Shown: in pieces, positions 10,501 through 20,700 of the stretch
How the letters are laid out: the number at the start of each line of letters is the position of its first letter
How positions within the stretch are numbered: the first letter of the stretch is position 1
Virus record (IMG/VR): IMGVR_UViG_3300030330_006619
Span: 64,001-128,000 of that record
Reading direction: 5' to 3' (one strand)
DNA from: a virus
Taxonomy: Duplodnaviria; Caudoviricetes
DNA: 64,000 nucleotides
Notes under the pieces: model-generated
Told to the model about the DNA's origin: nothing
Database searches by the model: none
Seen by the model: only the letters and a program-made list of their open reading frames with translations
Program-made: the position numbers and the translations under genes

Positions 10501-13415
10501 ATTTCCAGAATACCGGCATATCACCTCTACCCCCACAGATGGTGGTCGAAACGAGAATGATATCTGAGATGAAAATTCTACAAAAAAAGATCACTGATTT
10601 AGAAGAATTAGATGAAGAGGATACAAACCCAGAATTACTAAAAATAGTTTCTGACAGGGTTAACTTTTTGACTGCCACGATTAACAATATAATAAGCGAA
10701 CGTAGGCAAACAACAAGAGAATCGCATTTACCAATGCTTAAAAAAGCACTAAACAAATCAGAAGAAATATATTCAGAAGAAGCCTCTCCAAATGATGGTA
10801 GTGAAAGAATTACGTATGGCGCGAACAACTTAAATTTAAGTTTTGGCGATTCCTTATATTCACCAAAACTTAACTTAAGGCATCTACCTCACTATACGCA
10901 TAACATTCCAAACGCCAACAGGTATGATATAAAGATAGAGGGAGATTTTGTTCTTGGTCTTACAGGTAATGGGCAATCAAAGACTTTTAAATTTTGTGAA
11001 GCTTTACCATCTTGGACAAGACCACTAAATAATGAAAACGCTCAATATGCAGTTTCAGAAGTATACGCCAATTTTTTCTTAAACAAAGTATCAGAAATTT
11101 TGACAAGAGGCAACACCCCCGGTGCTGAAGGGCGCTTTCAACGTTCGGATCTTAGGAAGAGAATAGCGAAAGGTTCATTGTTTGAAGATACTGCGGAGTC
11201 AATGATGGAGAATATTTTTTATTCGATGTATGACTCAGATATGTTTGACCCAAATTATGCTAGAGAATTAGACGCCCGTGTAGGTGGCCGCCCATTTGTT
11301 AATCCAATAAATCAATGTATAACAAACAGGTTTAGTATAAGTCAAGCAGCGATATTAGCTTTTGATAAAACCATAATTGATGATATAGGATCAGAGATAA
11401 GATCAGAGATGATGAAGCCTGAAAATTCTCCCTATAATAGATCCTTTGATGAAATTGGAGCAACTGAAAAAGCCACAGTTAATGTTGCTGTCAAGGGTTT
11501 TATACGAGTTTGTCTTATTGACCTATTGTTAAAAGGAGGCATTGCATATGCAGTTTGGGATATTGAACCAATAGTATCAGAGCAGTTATTTATTGAGTAT
11601 GCAGTTCACCATGTTTTATATGAGCTGAACAAAAGCAATAACTTAAAGGGCATATGGAAAAATGTTATAGAAAGAGTGACCGGATTAAACAGTTATACAA
11701 AGGGAGTAGAAGTAATTGTAAAAGATGAACTATTAAAGCTTCCTAATTTTTCAAAGCAAATATTTAACCCCAATGAACCTGAAAAAGATTTTTATAACTG
11801 GTATCTTACAGAATTTATAGCTTCTACGGATGTATCCTCAAGGTACAGCGACGAATACGGTATGTGGGAGCTGTCCATTGAAAACAGCGACGAGAGAAGC
11901 CTGTTTTTTGGAAAGTCCACATTTTTAATTGAGCACTATGTAAAAATGTCTGGTGAAATTGTTAATTTTGCCCACAGCATGAATTCAAGAGGGCGACCAA
12001 CTATGACATATTTTTATAGCGGTCGCCCCCATAGTGAGCAAATAATATCAACTAGGCAATTTGATCAAATGGTCCGCGCGGCCCATACCGAAGAGGTAGG
12101 TTCAGCCCGATTTTATGAAATTGTAGAGCAGTCTACTTTTAAGCAAGGCTGTAGGCTCGTGCAGGTAATATTCGATGATAACGAAATACCATCACCGAGA
12201 GACTTTAGAGAGGGTGTGGAAAGATCAAGACAGAATAGAATTTTAAGAGAATTTGTTTACGAAGAAAATGAGGAAGAAGTGGAGTCACTTGATGCTACCT
12301 GGCGCCAAAGAACCTGGAAAATGCTAGCAAAAAATATAAAAAGATCCACATTAAATCCAGAAGACCGCTCAGAAATTTCTACAGCTGATTGTTTGGCAAT
12401 GTGTGTCCCTCTTGTGGAGCACGAAAGAGAGATAGGTATGAGTAACTGTTCTAGTGTTTTTGGCCCACCAGGATCTCAAACCTTGTTGCACAGGCCTGAT
12501 AGCAAAAAGTTTATGCTTGATAACCTATTAGAAAAAAGAGAGATGACGCTTTTGTTTGAAAATATTTTTCCACAAAGAAAATATATGTCAATAGCATCAA
12601 TTTTTGCAACATCGGTACTAGGAGGGTATGCCACTTTACCAAACTTGTTTACTTCAACAAAGGGCCTATTGTCTACTGTGGCAAAAATAACAAATAAACC
12701 CTTTAACCAAAGAGGTGACTTCGCAATGACAAACCAGGACTTCAATAAGTTTATGAAGGACAAGTATCCTAGCGACCCAGATGATTTAGATTGTAACCCC
12801 TTTCCAGGTGATTTAGGAGAAATGTGGGACCAATTTATAAAAGAGTTGAGAGACTTAATACTGCAGCTTCCATCAATACTATTTAGAGGAATTGCAAACA
12901 CTTTAGACCCAGCTTACAAAGAGATGAGACAACACTTTATGAACTGTGATATTAAAAATTTAGACTGGAGAGGTGTTGGCTTTACATCAGTTGACAAGGC
13001 TCTTGTGAATGGACTGAAAATATCTGGAGGTGAAGCTAATAGAGGAAAGCAAAGAGGAAAATACATTCCTATCGTCCCAGCAGCAATTTTAGATTACTAT
13101 ATCAGTATATATGGTTGGCCTGGAAAGTTGCCCCGTCGTTTGTTAAAGACAGTATTAAAAACAGTTTCATATATATATTCTGGAAATTTACCTATGATTG
13201 ATTTAAATACAGCATTTTCCATACCATGTTTTGAAATTGATGAAAATTACCTGAAGGGTAAAAAATATGATGCAGGTAAGTATGGTCGATATGGACACCC
13301 GCTGTCGCCTTTTACTGCTTTAGCGCTTTCAACACCAGCACTAAGAAGCGATTTAGACATCCGCGCTGCAACTTGTGAAGATCAGGTTGAGAATGAGTGT
13401 GAAGATAATGAGTAA
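4518..13415 (+). CDS. Giant (2965 aa) probable virion/baseplate protein with N-terminal peptidoglycan-binding-like motif
   Basis: Uninterrupted ORF between the spike and gp25 genes; GEIGKDILAIKVALG...FDQRLKNAIIKFQIDN resembles PG_binding_1. Confidence 0.55.
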   Translation: MRRFSPFKIEIRKDGKIISFGERYYGEIGKDILAIKVALGLVKSREDALSEVETTPPSEENQPPVIMDNQNWFECGTGVGIDIQKASTFDQRLKNAIIKFQIDNQFLITSYLFEKFGVQKNLSEKSSEYYTSDEDDEKYSQDVVFQITAAFELFQAEVGNIREATLAIMHGWKPQTEYTFNGYKHPNAREQDRIVEVVPQVLYKDLRDGKLGQSISDLESQNIIYENSHELNSREKLLNWLDNAPRNSVWLSRRTKVEFGSLDYKPVIQGNSPLYRASIEILENQEVQNTENLLSYDDRKNLLRTMLYPDPFSSPDPFEINNREIGYFHRTEFVLDSSGPLPNEEPETIRRLEDEALKKVIEFYGKPDVWVFPKNEAFFQVGYFGGQDQPTPNYNPRFPTEITDEMKSFLPTYIGYKNSISSKENELKNKLDELGTQMYDFLPDGVLTFDNYTPEQMESEFYDWELSPREKRALKRIKELRGEISVLKAAYSADPREVNLEQEFIRNFWCLSTENQISVFEEAGSENLAQTWRTIDSFGGTEPLIKFEEFRTPSTRPSDNYVALFIINKEKFDLIKNGEFLNVSAEEETDEVSTIEPVNCIDESSEQALRTFEEYKIHAKQRRRQLVRRLREQTQAMQEEREEQGPAFSARIDLGSGLGPFDTESAIGSLFEGMGFGSLGASDYEYTTGLLSGVVEGADMLLERAGIARSDLEALNETLAASDSIESSNVVKPSGAAKEPGPPGSLSINYGTGGDEDTNPSFIGPGLSERVKVAAKDLREAGKIIESKGIKFEPGCDFDANNEALMLENFISQLDEMLADSPDGPFNNFRGENIHEFTMRDINRSQKGPDNGKKLTMYAPSEGGKRTVVKASTHWASEAGKKKYPALSRPRTLNYIFNIKDMVPSTVDSGVPGLPSGAKALSFFSSDNRGACEDLGFDQKKNDAIAYVGRYTSGLKTQAKRKKSNSVKSWTEVFIEDPAKEWAKASEENFKDSFNDTLDEEQVLEAFGKLCTLDDIYDEFIDKVSLPALLCDFIKCLKLPGFSLKLPSLKLPPLPKVPILGWYIALIKLLKKEWKQILTRILCTFVRSIIDKLAFPFCEEQLEDFVAAGSSASDVMNSAIMDSLINTGVPAEKKEESKKFFEDSSNHLTPQELCYLLTGKPLNAATMKVLERLVEKNGLAEHLSTNEEITNYFGVLGSYIPFELCEELSLPDDDSSCSDILEAVQAIRDKLLTGSGEVSDEELDYITDLAKKNAEDTLNQARALSGAQFGSLVPPIYGPNNPNSLMPGLPKQALEHLGQLVGYMFEPAKTSYVKSLLTYVESMRMMTPYSPWPGEDDYNYNEILTLEAAMEQLNNFTLRMESEQRSRLREMGYEHLSELESETLNTMIEETEKAIEQHRNRYQELFDQLKVENATYQDLYDKMHALVEMVAQKRDSIRTIESNFELNDYAAIKGYARGRKYSAYDAPDRQPYYDGESHEIYFENKKASKCTNGIPLGPLFGGVCTNERTRNSGDYPRHGLAAYVGHSIARSGVEISAKDWWLELESLIEDYFLGFWTKISEISNETIESFSLENESLNQFSLTLADNGYSEVFPTLLQTATDNQRAARSWLAGYDDPSPLVKAFGQQEWGRTLAGGVNFISVENRFPSEAQDVRDGISVRYLINQYLDGIEEEKERIRARLAFFPDNLNPFALEDPRHELWENSVSDISNNLNDHYSEPFGWKIISGNLAKTMRAFSYIGDVMIDSAQRRSEIFNEMYNEIAALSTREVDLSALQVATAPPKISALAALELFRLFEIQIINGHPVHRRVFIPRGGAPYLGQSSARLEMRDEYNLDQSSGRGLDPYIVPPTPARIDSDGRRWRDQPGSLPSGANKHLINHVDFYRHATNTLEDSDSILAQASTIQLATGVSMFSETRFFFPYTLEPRKGSLVPNSGTGLFPGDRPPGPYPTSDEWVHNPARDEVNQPAEDIVADSERVDKLFNFSSPPPVLGPRINFQNTGISPLPPQMVVETRMISEMKILQKKITDLEELDEEDTNPELLKIVSDRVNFLTATINNIISERRQTTRESHLPMLKKALNKSEEIYSEEASPNDGSERITYGANNLNLSFGDSLYSPKLNLRHLPHYTHNIPNANRYDIKIEGDFVLGLTGNGQSKTFKFCEALPSWTRPLNNENAQYAVSEVYANFFLNKVSEILTRGNTPGAEGRFQRSDLRKRIAKGSLFEDTAESMMENIFYSMYDSDMFDPNYARELDARVGGRPFVNPINQCITNRFSISQAAILAFDKTIIDDIGSEIRSEMMKPENSPYNRSFDEIGATEKATVNVAVKGFIRVCLIDLLLKGGIAYAVWDIEPIVSEQLFIEYAVHHVLYELNKSNNLKGIWKNVIERVTGLNSYTKGVEVIVKDELLKLPNFSKQIFNPNEPEKDFYNWYLTEFIASTDVSSRYSDEYGMWELSIENSDERSLFFGKSTFLIEHYVKMSGEIVNFAHSMNSRGRPTMTYFYSGRPHSEQIISTRQFDQMVRAAHTEEVGSARFYEIVEQSTFKQGCRLVQVIFDDNEIPSPRDFREGVERSRQNRILREFVYEENEEEVESLDATWRQRTWKMLAKNIKRSTLNPEDRSEISTADCLAMCVPLVEHEREIGMSNCSSVFGPPGSQTLLHRPDSKKFMLDNLLEKREMTLLFENIFPQRKYMSIASIFATSVLGGYATLPNLFTSTKGLLSTVAKITNKPFNQRGDFAMTNQDFNKFMKDKYPSDPDDLDCNPFPGDLGEMWDQFIKELRDLILQLPSILFRGIANTLDPAYKEMRQHFMNCDIKNLDWRGVGFTSVDKALVNGLKISGGEANRGKQRGKYIPIVPAAILDYYISIYGWPGKLPRRLLKTVLKTVSYIYSGNLPMIDLNTAFSIPCFEIDENYLKGKKYDAGKYGRYGHPLSPFTALALSTPALRSDLDIRAATCEDQVENECEDNE

Positions 13416-13418
13416 AGC

Positions 13419-13426
13419 ACTATTTA
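13419..13426 (+). promoter_or_regulatory. Candidate late promoter motif ACTATTTA
   Basis: In the short intergenic gap before gp25; the same motif recurs before many late genes. Confidence 0.6.
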
Positions 13427-13447
13427 AAACAAGGGGAAAGTATTTTT

Positions 13448-13996
13448 ATGGCATATCTTAGTACAAATTTGATATCAAATTCACAAGAAAATAAGATAAA
13501 AACAAACTATCAACCTATTTTTCCTTTGAAATATGATACAATTCACGGCCCATATAAACCTATAACAAGTGAGCTATCTTCAATACAACAAAATTTTAAA
13601 AATTTGTTACTTACAAACCCAGGAGAGTGGCCATTTAACCCTGAGATAGGTATTGGCCTAAGAAATTATTTGTTTGAAAACCATGGATCAGAAAAGTTTT
13701 CTGAATTAAAACCAAAAGTAGCAGAACAGTTAGCAAAATTTTTACCAGAAATTAGGTTAATTGACTTATTTATAGTTTCGACAGATGATGAAGTGGATAC
13801 AGGTAACCTTAGACTTTCTTTTAGGTATGCCATATTTGGAACATCTTTTTTTGAAATGATAGCAGAGATGTATCCAAGTAAGTTTGCATCACAACTAAAA
13901 GGGGATATTTCTTTTAGAATCAATAGTGGCTTTGCAGACACTGATCTATTTTTAGGTTCTAAGGTTTCATTAACAACGGGAGTTAGAAACTCTTAG
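13448..13996 (+). CDS. Baseplate wedge subunit, T4 gp25-like
   Basis: IQQNFKNLLLTNPGEWPFNPEIGIGLRNYLFE is the gp25/GPW signature. Confidence 0.9.
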   Translation: MAYLSTNLISNSQENKIKTNYQPIFPLKYDTIHGPYKPITSELSSIQQNFKNLLLTNPGEWPFNPEIGIGLRNYLFENHGSEKFSELKPKVAEQLAKFLPEIRLIDLFIVSTDDEVDTGNLRLSFRYAIFGTSFFEMIAEMYPSKFASQLKGDISFRINSGFADTDLFLGSKVSLTTGVRNS

Positions 13997-14016
13997 GAAG
14001 TAAAGGAATTTATTTT

Positions 14017-15828
14017 ATGGCAGGCAACAACAGAGGAAGATCAGATACAAATTTTACAAATGTCACTTTTGATGATATTAAGGAAAGCTTAATAACTAAA
14101 GCAAAAACTTACTATCCAGAAGCATACAAAGATTTTTCAGCTACAAGCTTCGGTGGAATGATGATTGACCTAATTTCAATGGTCAGCGAGCAACTGAATT
14201 TTTACACTCAATTTGTCGCAAATGAAAATTTTGCTGAGACGTCTAGAACTAGCTATGCTTTAAAAACTCACGGAGCAAATAACGGAACAAAAATTGTTAA
14301 CAGAATGACCTCAACATCTGATATTAGTATCTTCACTTATGTTCCAGTTGATCCGACCGGCACCGGTCCAGATAAGAGGTACAAACACCGTATACTTGCA
14401 GGCGCAAAGTGTGCTAATGCGGAAGGCAAAACATTTACTCTAGCACAAGATGCAGTAATAGACCTTAGAAAAGAGAACCTAATAGGGACACATTTTTCAC
14501 AAGATGGTTCAAAAAATACTTATCTGGTTTATGAAACAAAAGCAAAAGCAGTTTCAGGAGAAGAAAAACAAATAGAAATAGATATAGGAAGTTATGAGAA
14601 ATTCAGAAAAGTAGAAATAAAAGATGATACAGTCTCTGAAATAATTTCAGTGAAAGATGGTAATGGTAATGACTATTATGAAGTCTCAAATTTGTCGCAA
14701 AATGTTATTTATAAATCAATTTCAGATCGGTCAGAGGTAGATCCATTGCGCCCAGAATTGTTGAAACCTTTTCCAGTGCCCAGAAGGTTTGTTTGCGAAG
14801 AAGAAGGAGGAAGATGTTTTTTGATGTTTGGGTTCGGATCAGAGAAGAATTTGCAAAAAACACCAGTAGCTGACCCTAGTAGCTTGTCTTTAAAAATATC
14901 AGGAAAAAAGAAACATGTCCCAGATATAGTTTTTGATCCTAGTCGACTCCTAGAGACTGATGGCTTTGGCGTATCCCCTCAAAATACCACTTTAACAGTT
15001 AGATACTTATCTTGCACTAGTGATAACTCCAACAGCGCTGCAGATACTGTTAAAGAAATCGTCTCGGCTGAGCTAGTTTTTGATGATATATCAAACCTAG
15101 ATACAACAAAGATGGACTATATAAGAAATGTCGCCAACATAAGTTGCACAAATAGGGAACCTTTTAATGGGTCCTTGACATATACAACCAAAAAAGAGAT
15201 CGTCGAAACTATCCGCGCTGCAAAAGGAACCCAAGGGAGAGCTGTTACTACAAAAGATTACGCAGCCGCAGCTTATCTGATGCCATCTAAGTTTGGGAGT
15301 GTAAAAAGAGCGTCACTTGTTAGAGATGATAATGACCTTAGGAGAAATTTAAATTTATATATTATTTCAGAGGACTCAGATCAAAAGTTGCAGGTACCGT
15401 CATCAGCATTGTTGCAAAATGTTAAAACATGGGTCAATTCAATAAGGATGGTAACAGACACAATTGATGTTTTTCCTGCTAAAATAATAAATTTAGGGCT
15501 AGAATTTAATATTGTGGCTAGTGAAAAAATCAACAAAACAACAATAATGTCTGAGATAAGAGAAAAAATCTTTGAAGATATCAACTTGGCCCACCCTGAA
15601 GTTGGCCAACACTTCTCGATTGGGGAAATAGAGAGGATATTAAACTCTATGAGTCAAGTTACAAGAGTAAATTCAGTAAAAGTTTTAACAAAAAATACTA
15701 AAAAACACTCAGAGATTAGGTATGATATCCCTGGTAATTTGTCACCTGATGGTGGCCTAGTTTATATACCTAAAGATTCGATTTGGGAAATAAAATTTAG
15801 TGAAGACATAATAGGGCAAGTTCAATAA
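14017..15828 (+). CDS. Baseplate wedge subunit, T4 gp6 / baseplate J-like
   Basis: TFDDIKESL...DFSATSFGGMMIDL...ANENFAETS and QGRAVTTKDY motifs; follows gp25. Confidence 0.9.
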   Translation: MAGNNRGRSDTNFTNVTFDDIKESLITKAKTYYPEAYKDFSATSFGGMMIDLISMVSEQLNFYTQFVANENFAETSRTSYALKTHGANNGTKIVNRMTSTSDISIFTYVPVDPTGTGPDKRYKHRILAGAKCANAEGKTFTLAQDAVIDLRKENLIGTHFSQDGSKNTYLVYETKAKAVSGEEKQIEIDIGSYEKFRKVEIKDDTVSEIISVKDGNGNDYYEVSNLSQNVIYKSISDRSEVDPLRPELLKPFPVPRRFVCEEEGGRCFLMFGFGSEKNLQKTPVADPSSLSLKISGKKKHVPDIVFDPSRLLETDGFGVSPQNTTLTVRYLSCTSDNSNSAADTVKEIVSAELVFDDISNLDTTKMDYIRNVANISCTNREPFNGSLTYTTKKEIVETIRAAKGTQGRAVTTKDYAAAAYLMPSKFGSVKRASLVRDDNDLRRNLNLYIISEDSDQKLQVPSSALLQNVKTWVNSIRMVTDTIDVFPAKIINLGLEFNIVASEKINKTTIMSEIREKIFEDINLAHPEVGQHFSIGEIERILNSMSQVTRVNSVKVLTKNTKKHSEIRYDIPGNLSPDGGLVYIPKDSIWEIKFSEDIIGQVQ

Positions 15829-17714
15829 TGGCAATAAAGAGATTTTTATCTATAAAAGATAATACAATAACAAACACTTATAAGTCTGATTTAAAAACCA
15901 GGGCGACTAATTCAAATCTGGGCGCCTCGGATGTGGCAGAGGTCTTTTCTATTTATGGGCAAGCCTCTACTTCATCAGTGGAAAAGTCAAGGATTTTAAT
16001 GCAGTTTCCGGTTAATGAAATAAATTCACTAATAAAAGACGGGAAAATTCCAGAAACTGGTGTAACGTATAAGCTAAAGCTCTTCAATAGTACACACAGT
16101 TACACAACCCCAGAAAATTTCACTCTTTCGGTATCTCCTGTGCTGCAATCATGGAACGAGGGATCCGGTCTCGATATGGAAGGATATAGAGATCTGGGAA
16201 ATAGCAACTGGATATCTTGCAGTAGCGGAGTTCTGTGGTTTGATCAGGGCGCGACGATGCCTCTAAAGCAAAATCTAGAAGCTGATTCCCCAACTCCACC
16301 CGTGGAGTTAGTTCAAGATTTTAAAGCTGGAACAGAAAACCTGGAAGTAGATATAACGTCCTATATTTCGTCTTGGAGAAAGATCTTAAATTCTACAGGC
16401 ACAAAAGCTTCAGGCTCAGTGCAATTTAACAGTAACCCAAACCAAAATGAAAAACTAAAAATAATAAAGCATGACGGAGATCATAGGGTAATACAATTTT
16501 TAGCTGCAGGCTCTTCTTCTTTGGGTAACACATCTTCGGAAGCAAGCAAGACTATTTATGTAACTCTTGGCGGGACCCCAGAAGCTACAGCTATTAACTT
16601 TGCACAAGTTGTTGGCGACCACAGTGATTTAACAACACAACGTTCTACAAACACAGTTACAATAACTCAAGCAACAGAGAGTGCATTTGGTAACACTGTA
16701 ATGTCAGCATCAGCAGACTTAAAGACTAGAATCTCCTTGACAGACTTTACTGGAGGGTCAGGTCTGCCAAATAATGGCTTGATTATTAAACTTAGCGGAT
16801 CATTTGAATCTGGCGCCAATTCTAGAAGCTATTATACAAAAAAGTTTTTTACAAGAACTTCTGAGTTTTTCTTTAAAAGGCCAATAATAGAAGCTCAATG
16901 GGACTCTGCAAAACTTGATGACAGACCAAATATATTTAAATCATCAGATTTAATTCCAGCAGATCAAAATTTACATAATATTTTCCTTTATAATTATGGG
17001 CCATTTGGATTGACAGATATACCGAATACAGGTTCCAATTTGGTGGTGCAGCTTTATTCTGCGTTAGCTTTTACGGGCTCACATCAACCGCACTTAGCTG
17101 CAGAAACGCTCCCTGTTGCTGGTGGTGTTTTGTCTACTGCTCGCACGTTCATAACTGCTAGTAAAGTCGAGACCGGCATTTACTCTGCTACTTTTGCATA
17201 TGACGGCACCGCATCTAAACTTTATGATGTTTGGAGCGTAGATAAAAATCTTGCTGCTAACGCCCCACCAACTCAAATTTATACTGGTTCTGTGTTGACT
17301 GTGAATGAAAGAAAATCAAATGACTACTATGAGATTCCATCTTTTGTCACCAAAATTGTAAATCTCAAGCAGAAATATACAAAAAATGAAAAAGCAAAAT
17401 TTAGGCTGTACACAAGAAACAAAAATTGGAATCCAAATGTTTACACAAAGGCGACGTCGAAAGCTCCGGTTGACACTTTAAAACAATGTTATTATAAAAT
17501 TTCAAGAGCGGTAGACAATTTAACAATCATTAATTATTCAACAGCCTCCCTCCCAGAATACTCGAAACTTTCATATGATTCTAGTGGTTCTTATTTTGAT
17601 TTAGATATGTCAATTTTAGAACCAAACTATTTATATGAAATAAGTTTGTTATTTAAGCAGGGTGATATTTTTGTTGAACAAGGTGAAAAGTTTAGATTTA
17701 GAGTTGACTCATGA
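15828..17714 (+). CDS. Virion structural protein with DNRLRE-like domain and an inserted module
   Basis: KDNTI...SNLG...SRILMQF...LKLFN...QSWNEGSG...NNGLIIK pattern; lies in the baseplate operon. Confidence 0.6.
   Translation: MAIKRFLSIKDNTITNTYKSDLKTRATNSNLGASDVAEVFSIYGQASTSSVEKSRILMQFPVNEINSLIKDGKIPETGVTYKLKLFNSTHSYTTPENFTLSVSPVLQSWNEGSGLDMEGYRDLGNSNWISCSSGVLWFDQGATMPLKQNLEADSPTPPVELVQDFKAGTENLEVDITSYISSWRKILNSTGTKASGSVQFNSNPNQNEKLKIIKHDGDHRVIQFLAAGSSSLGNTSSEASKTIYVTLGGTPEATAINFAQVVGDHSDLTTQRSTNTVTITQATESAFGNTVMSASADLKTRISLTDFTGGSGLPNNGLIIKLSGSFESGANSRSYYTKKFFTRTSEFFFKRPIIEAQWDSAKLDDRPNIFKSSDLIPADQNLHNIFLYNYGPFGLTDIPNTGSNLVVQLYSALAFTGSHQPHLAAETLPVAGGVLSTARTFITASKVETGIYSATFAYDGTASKLYDVWSVDKNLAANAPPTQIYTGSVLTVNERKSNDYYEIPSFVTKIVNLKQKYTKNEKAKFRLYTRNKNWNPNVYTKATSKAPVDTLKQCYYKISRAVDNLTIINYSTASLPEYSKLSYDSSGSYFDLDMSILEPNYLYEISLLFKQGDIFVEQGEKFRFRVDS
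17626..17633 (+). promoter_or_regulatory. Candidate late promoter motif ACTATTTA (in 3' end of upstream gene)
   Basis: About 80 nt before the 4031-aa gene start. Confidence 0.4.
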
Positions 17715-20700
17715 CAGATTATAAAAATTATGAAGGTAAAAAAGTAAATCCAGATCGCGATTCGCTTTTTAAGAAAAAAAAAGTTAGAGTAATAAACGAG
17801 AAAAACTCCAAGGTATCATCAAACCTAGAGAGAGATTCTCTATTGAAGACACACGACTCTTATCAGAAGACTTTCACTCCGGCATTGAAAGCAAAAGATC
17901 CAAAGACATTCTCTTTTTATGGTAGTGCGGAAAGGTATTATGAAGACGCCGCGTATAGGATCCTTGGAGATTATGCTTTTGACGGTACGCAAGAAGAGGT
18001 GATACAATGGCACACTTCTTCTAGTCCTGTAACTGTAGCTATTGCAAAACAGTGGTGGCCGCGAAGTAAAGGGTCAGTTAGTTTCAACTACTCAGAAATA
18101 TTAGATTTTTACGCTGGCCCTCAGATGTTATCAAAGGATACACCCCCGACAAGGCTTGTAAATATAAAAACAGGATTAGAATTCAATCCCTCTAAGGGCA
18201 ACACTGTTGAATTTTGGCTAAACAAGAAAGCATTTTCAACAAATACAGAGACAATCTTTGATATTGGTACACATGGCGATCACGTTGCATCGCACGAAAA
18301 GGCCCAATTTAAACTTCAATTGTCAAAAACAGCCGGAAAACCTTTTTTGTTAACTTACCTCTCAGGAACAACTGGGGCAACAAATTTAGAACTAGGCTCT
18401 TCGGACGTTACCAAAGATACTATAGCTGATGGCAAATGGCATCATTATGCGATTGCCGTTCAGCAGGTAGGTTCAAATTTAAATGTTGAGTTGTATATTG
18501 ATGGTAAGCACGATGTAACACAAAAAACTGCCGCGGCCAGTATGGGGTCAATTGATTTTTATATGGGTGGAGCAATAGGCGGAGGAAACAATCAAACAAC
18601 AGGAGATCTCTCAGCCTCTCTAGACGATTTTAGATATTGGGTTGGCCGGCGAAATGGTAGAGAGATAGGTAGATTTTTCGACCATAGAGTGTATGCAAGT
18701 GATATTAGAAATGAAGACCCTCAATCCCGATTAGGTTTGTACTACAAATTTAATGAAGGAGAAACAAAGAAATTATCAAAAGACTCAAAAGTTCTAGATT
18801 ATTCAGGTAATAACATAATTGGAGAGATAAAAAAATATACTACCTCAACAAGGTTATACCAGTCTGCTATAGATTTAAGTGAAAATTCAACTAACACTGA
18901 GGTAGGTGACTTAATAATTTATGATGATAATGTTCAAGTTATGGCGCTAAGGCAGGAGTTGGCAAAAATAGGCCAAGAACATGATTTAAATAATCAAAAT
19001 ACATTAGCAAAATTTTTACCAAACTGGGCAACAGACCGACATGGTGATCAAAGTCTAAACTCTAGTGATGATTTTGCTATTTTAATGCACCTTTTAGCAA
19101 CACAGTTTGATGAAATTAAACTAAAGATAGATTCCATCAGAAGAAACACTGGAATTTTAATGGAGAATTCAGAGCATGATATTCTCTCAGATACTATAAG
19201 ATACCAAAGCTCTGGGTCTCAATTTGTAGACAACAATGTTTTAGGCTGCTCTACAGAAGATGAGTTGGACATAATATATCCTGGTAATAGAATAGATTTT
19301 CCAATGAAAAAGCTTGAAGACCTTGGGTTTGAGGTAACTGTTCAACCTATAGTTTCCGCAGCCTCAGTAGAGGAAGAGGTAGACCAAAAGACTTCCGATA
19401 TTAGATTGTTGATGAGCCCTCAGCAGGTGTCAAATGTTATACTTGATAATGTATACTCCGCAGCTACACACTTTATAAGAAAAAAGGGAACTATTGAATC
19501 AGCTAATTTAACTTTAGCACCTTTTGGTATTGACAAAAATTTAGTTTCTACCAACATTTACTCTAACAATTCAAAGTTGTTTTTAGATAATTCTAAAAAG
19601 GAAATAGACACGCTAAAAGTAAAAAGCGTATTTTTTGGAGATAACCCCGATGCCACTTTGTTTTTAAAATCAAATGACAACAACAGCCGATCTTTTATCG
19701 AGGCAGACTCACAAGAGACCGAGTATACATTTGAGGGTACATTTATATTTCCAGAAAAATCAGCAGAATTATATACTGTATTAGATTCTTCGATTTTTGG
19801 ATTGCATAGAGTGGCTGGTACCAATAATAACTTAAATATTGCTACGCCTGATAACGCAAGTTTACAAGTATCTGTAGTAAAAGATTCCAAAAACTCTAAT
19901 GATGCAAAATTCGTTCTCTCATCTACATCCGGATTGTTTTCGGCTGTTGAAACCAGCGTAAAAAAGGATGTTTATGAGAGTACTTCTTGGAACTTGGCTC
20001 TTAAAATCAGTAAGGACGTAGATAACAAGTTTATAGAATTAGGGGACCCACCATTTAAGGTTGAATTAGTGGGGCACAATTATGTATTAGATTACTTAAA
20101 GGACTCTTTTCACATCTCTGCATCTATAACAAATGCACAATATAATGCTTTTAAGGGTTCTCATAAGACTGTCTTTATTGGGGCACATCGCACAGATATA
20201 ACAGGGAGTGTCTTAAAGAAGACGGATATAAAGTTTGTTAATTTTAATGCCTGGAATGATTCCTTAGAAATAGAAGAATTGCAACAAAGGGCAATGTCAC
20301 CATCATATTATGGGAGAATAAATCCAAGTTTTGGAAAAGATAATTTTTCAAACTACAACGGATCTTCAGCAGTAGAATCCCCAAATAAAATGTTTAAAAA
20401 TAGAATTTTAAGCATTGAAAGTAATGATACGGTCGAAATATCAGCGACAAATACAGTAGATTTTATTGATTACTCTTCTGGGTCATACGAAAATAGGTTC
20501 TCTTATGGAAACCAGTTAGGATACAGTTATGATTTCTCTTCTGTTGGGTTTTCAAGTAAGACTGACAATGTTGTGCAAAGAGAGTTCTTGCCATACGTTA
20601 AAGATATACCACTGGGTAATATCTTATCGGATGATGGAGTTTCAGTAAAACAATCAGAGTTAGATAGATACCTTTTAAGTAATCAGATAGAAACCCCAAT

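Noticed and set aside
16551-16558. ACTATTTA in the middle of the 15828 gene
   Set aside because: More than 1 kb from the next start; probably chance. Recorded as a counter-example to the promoter hypothesis
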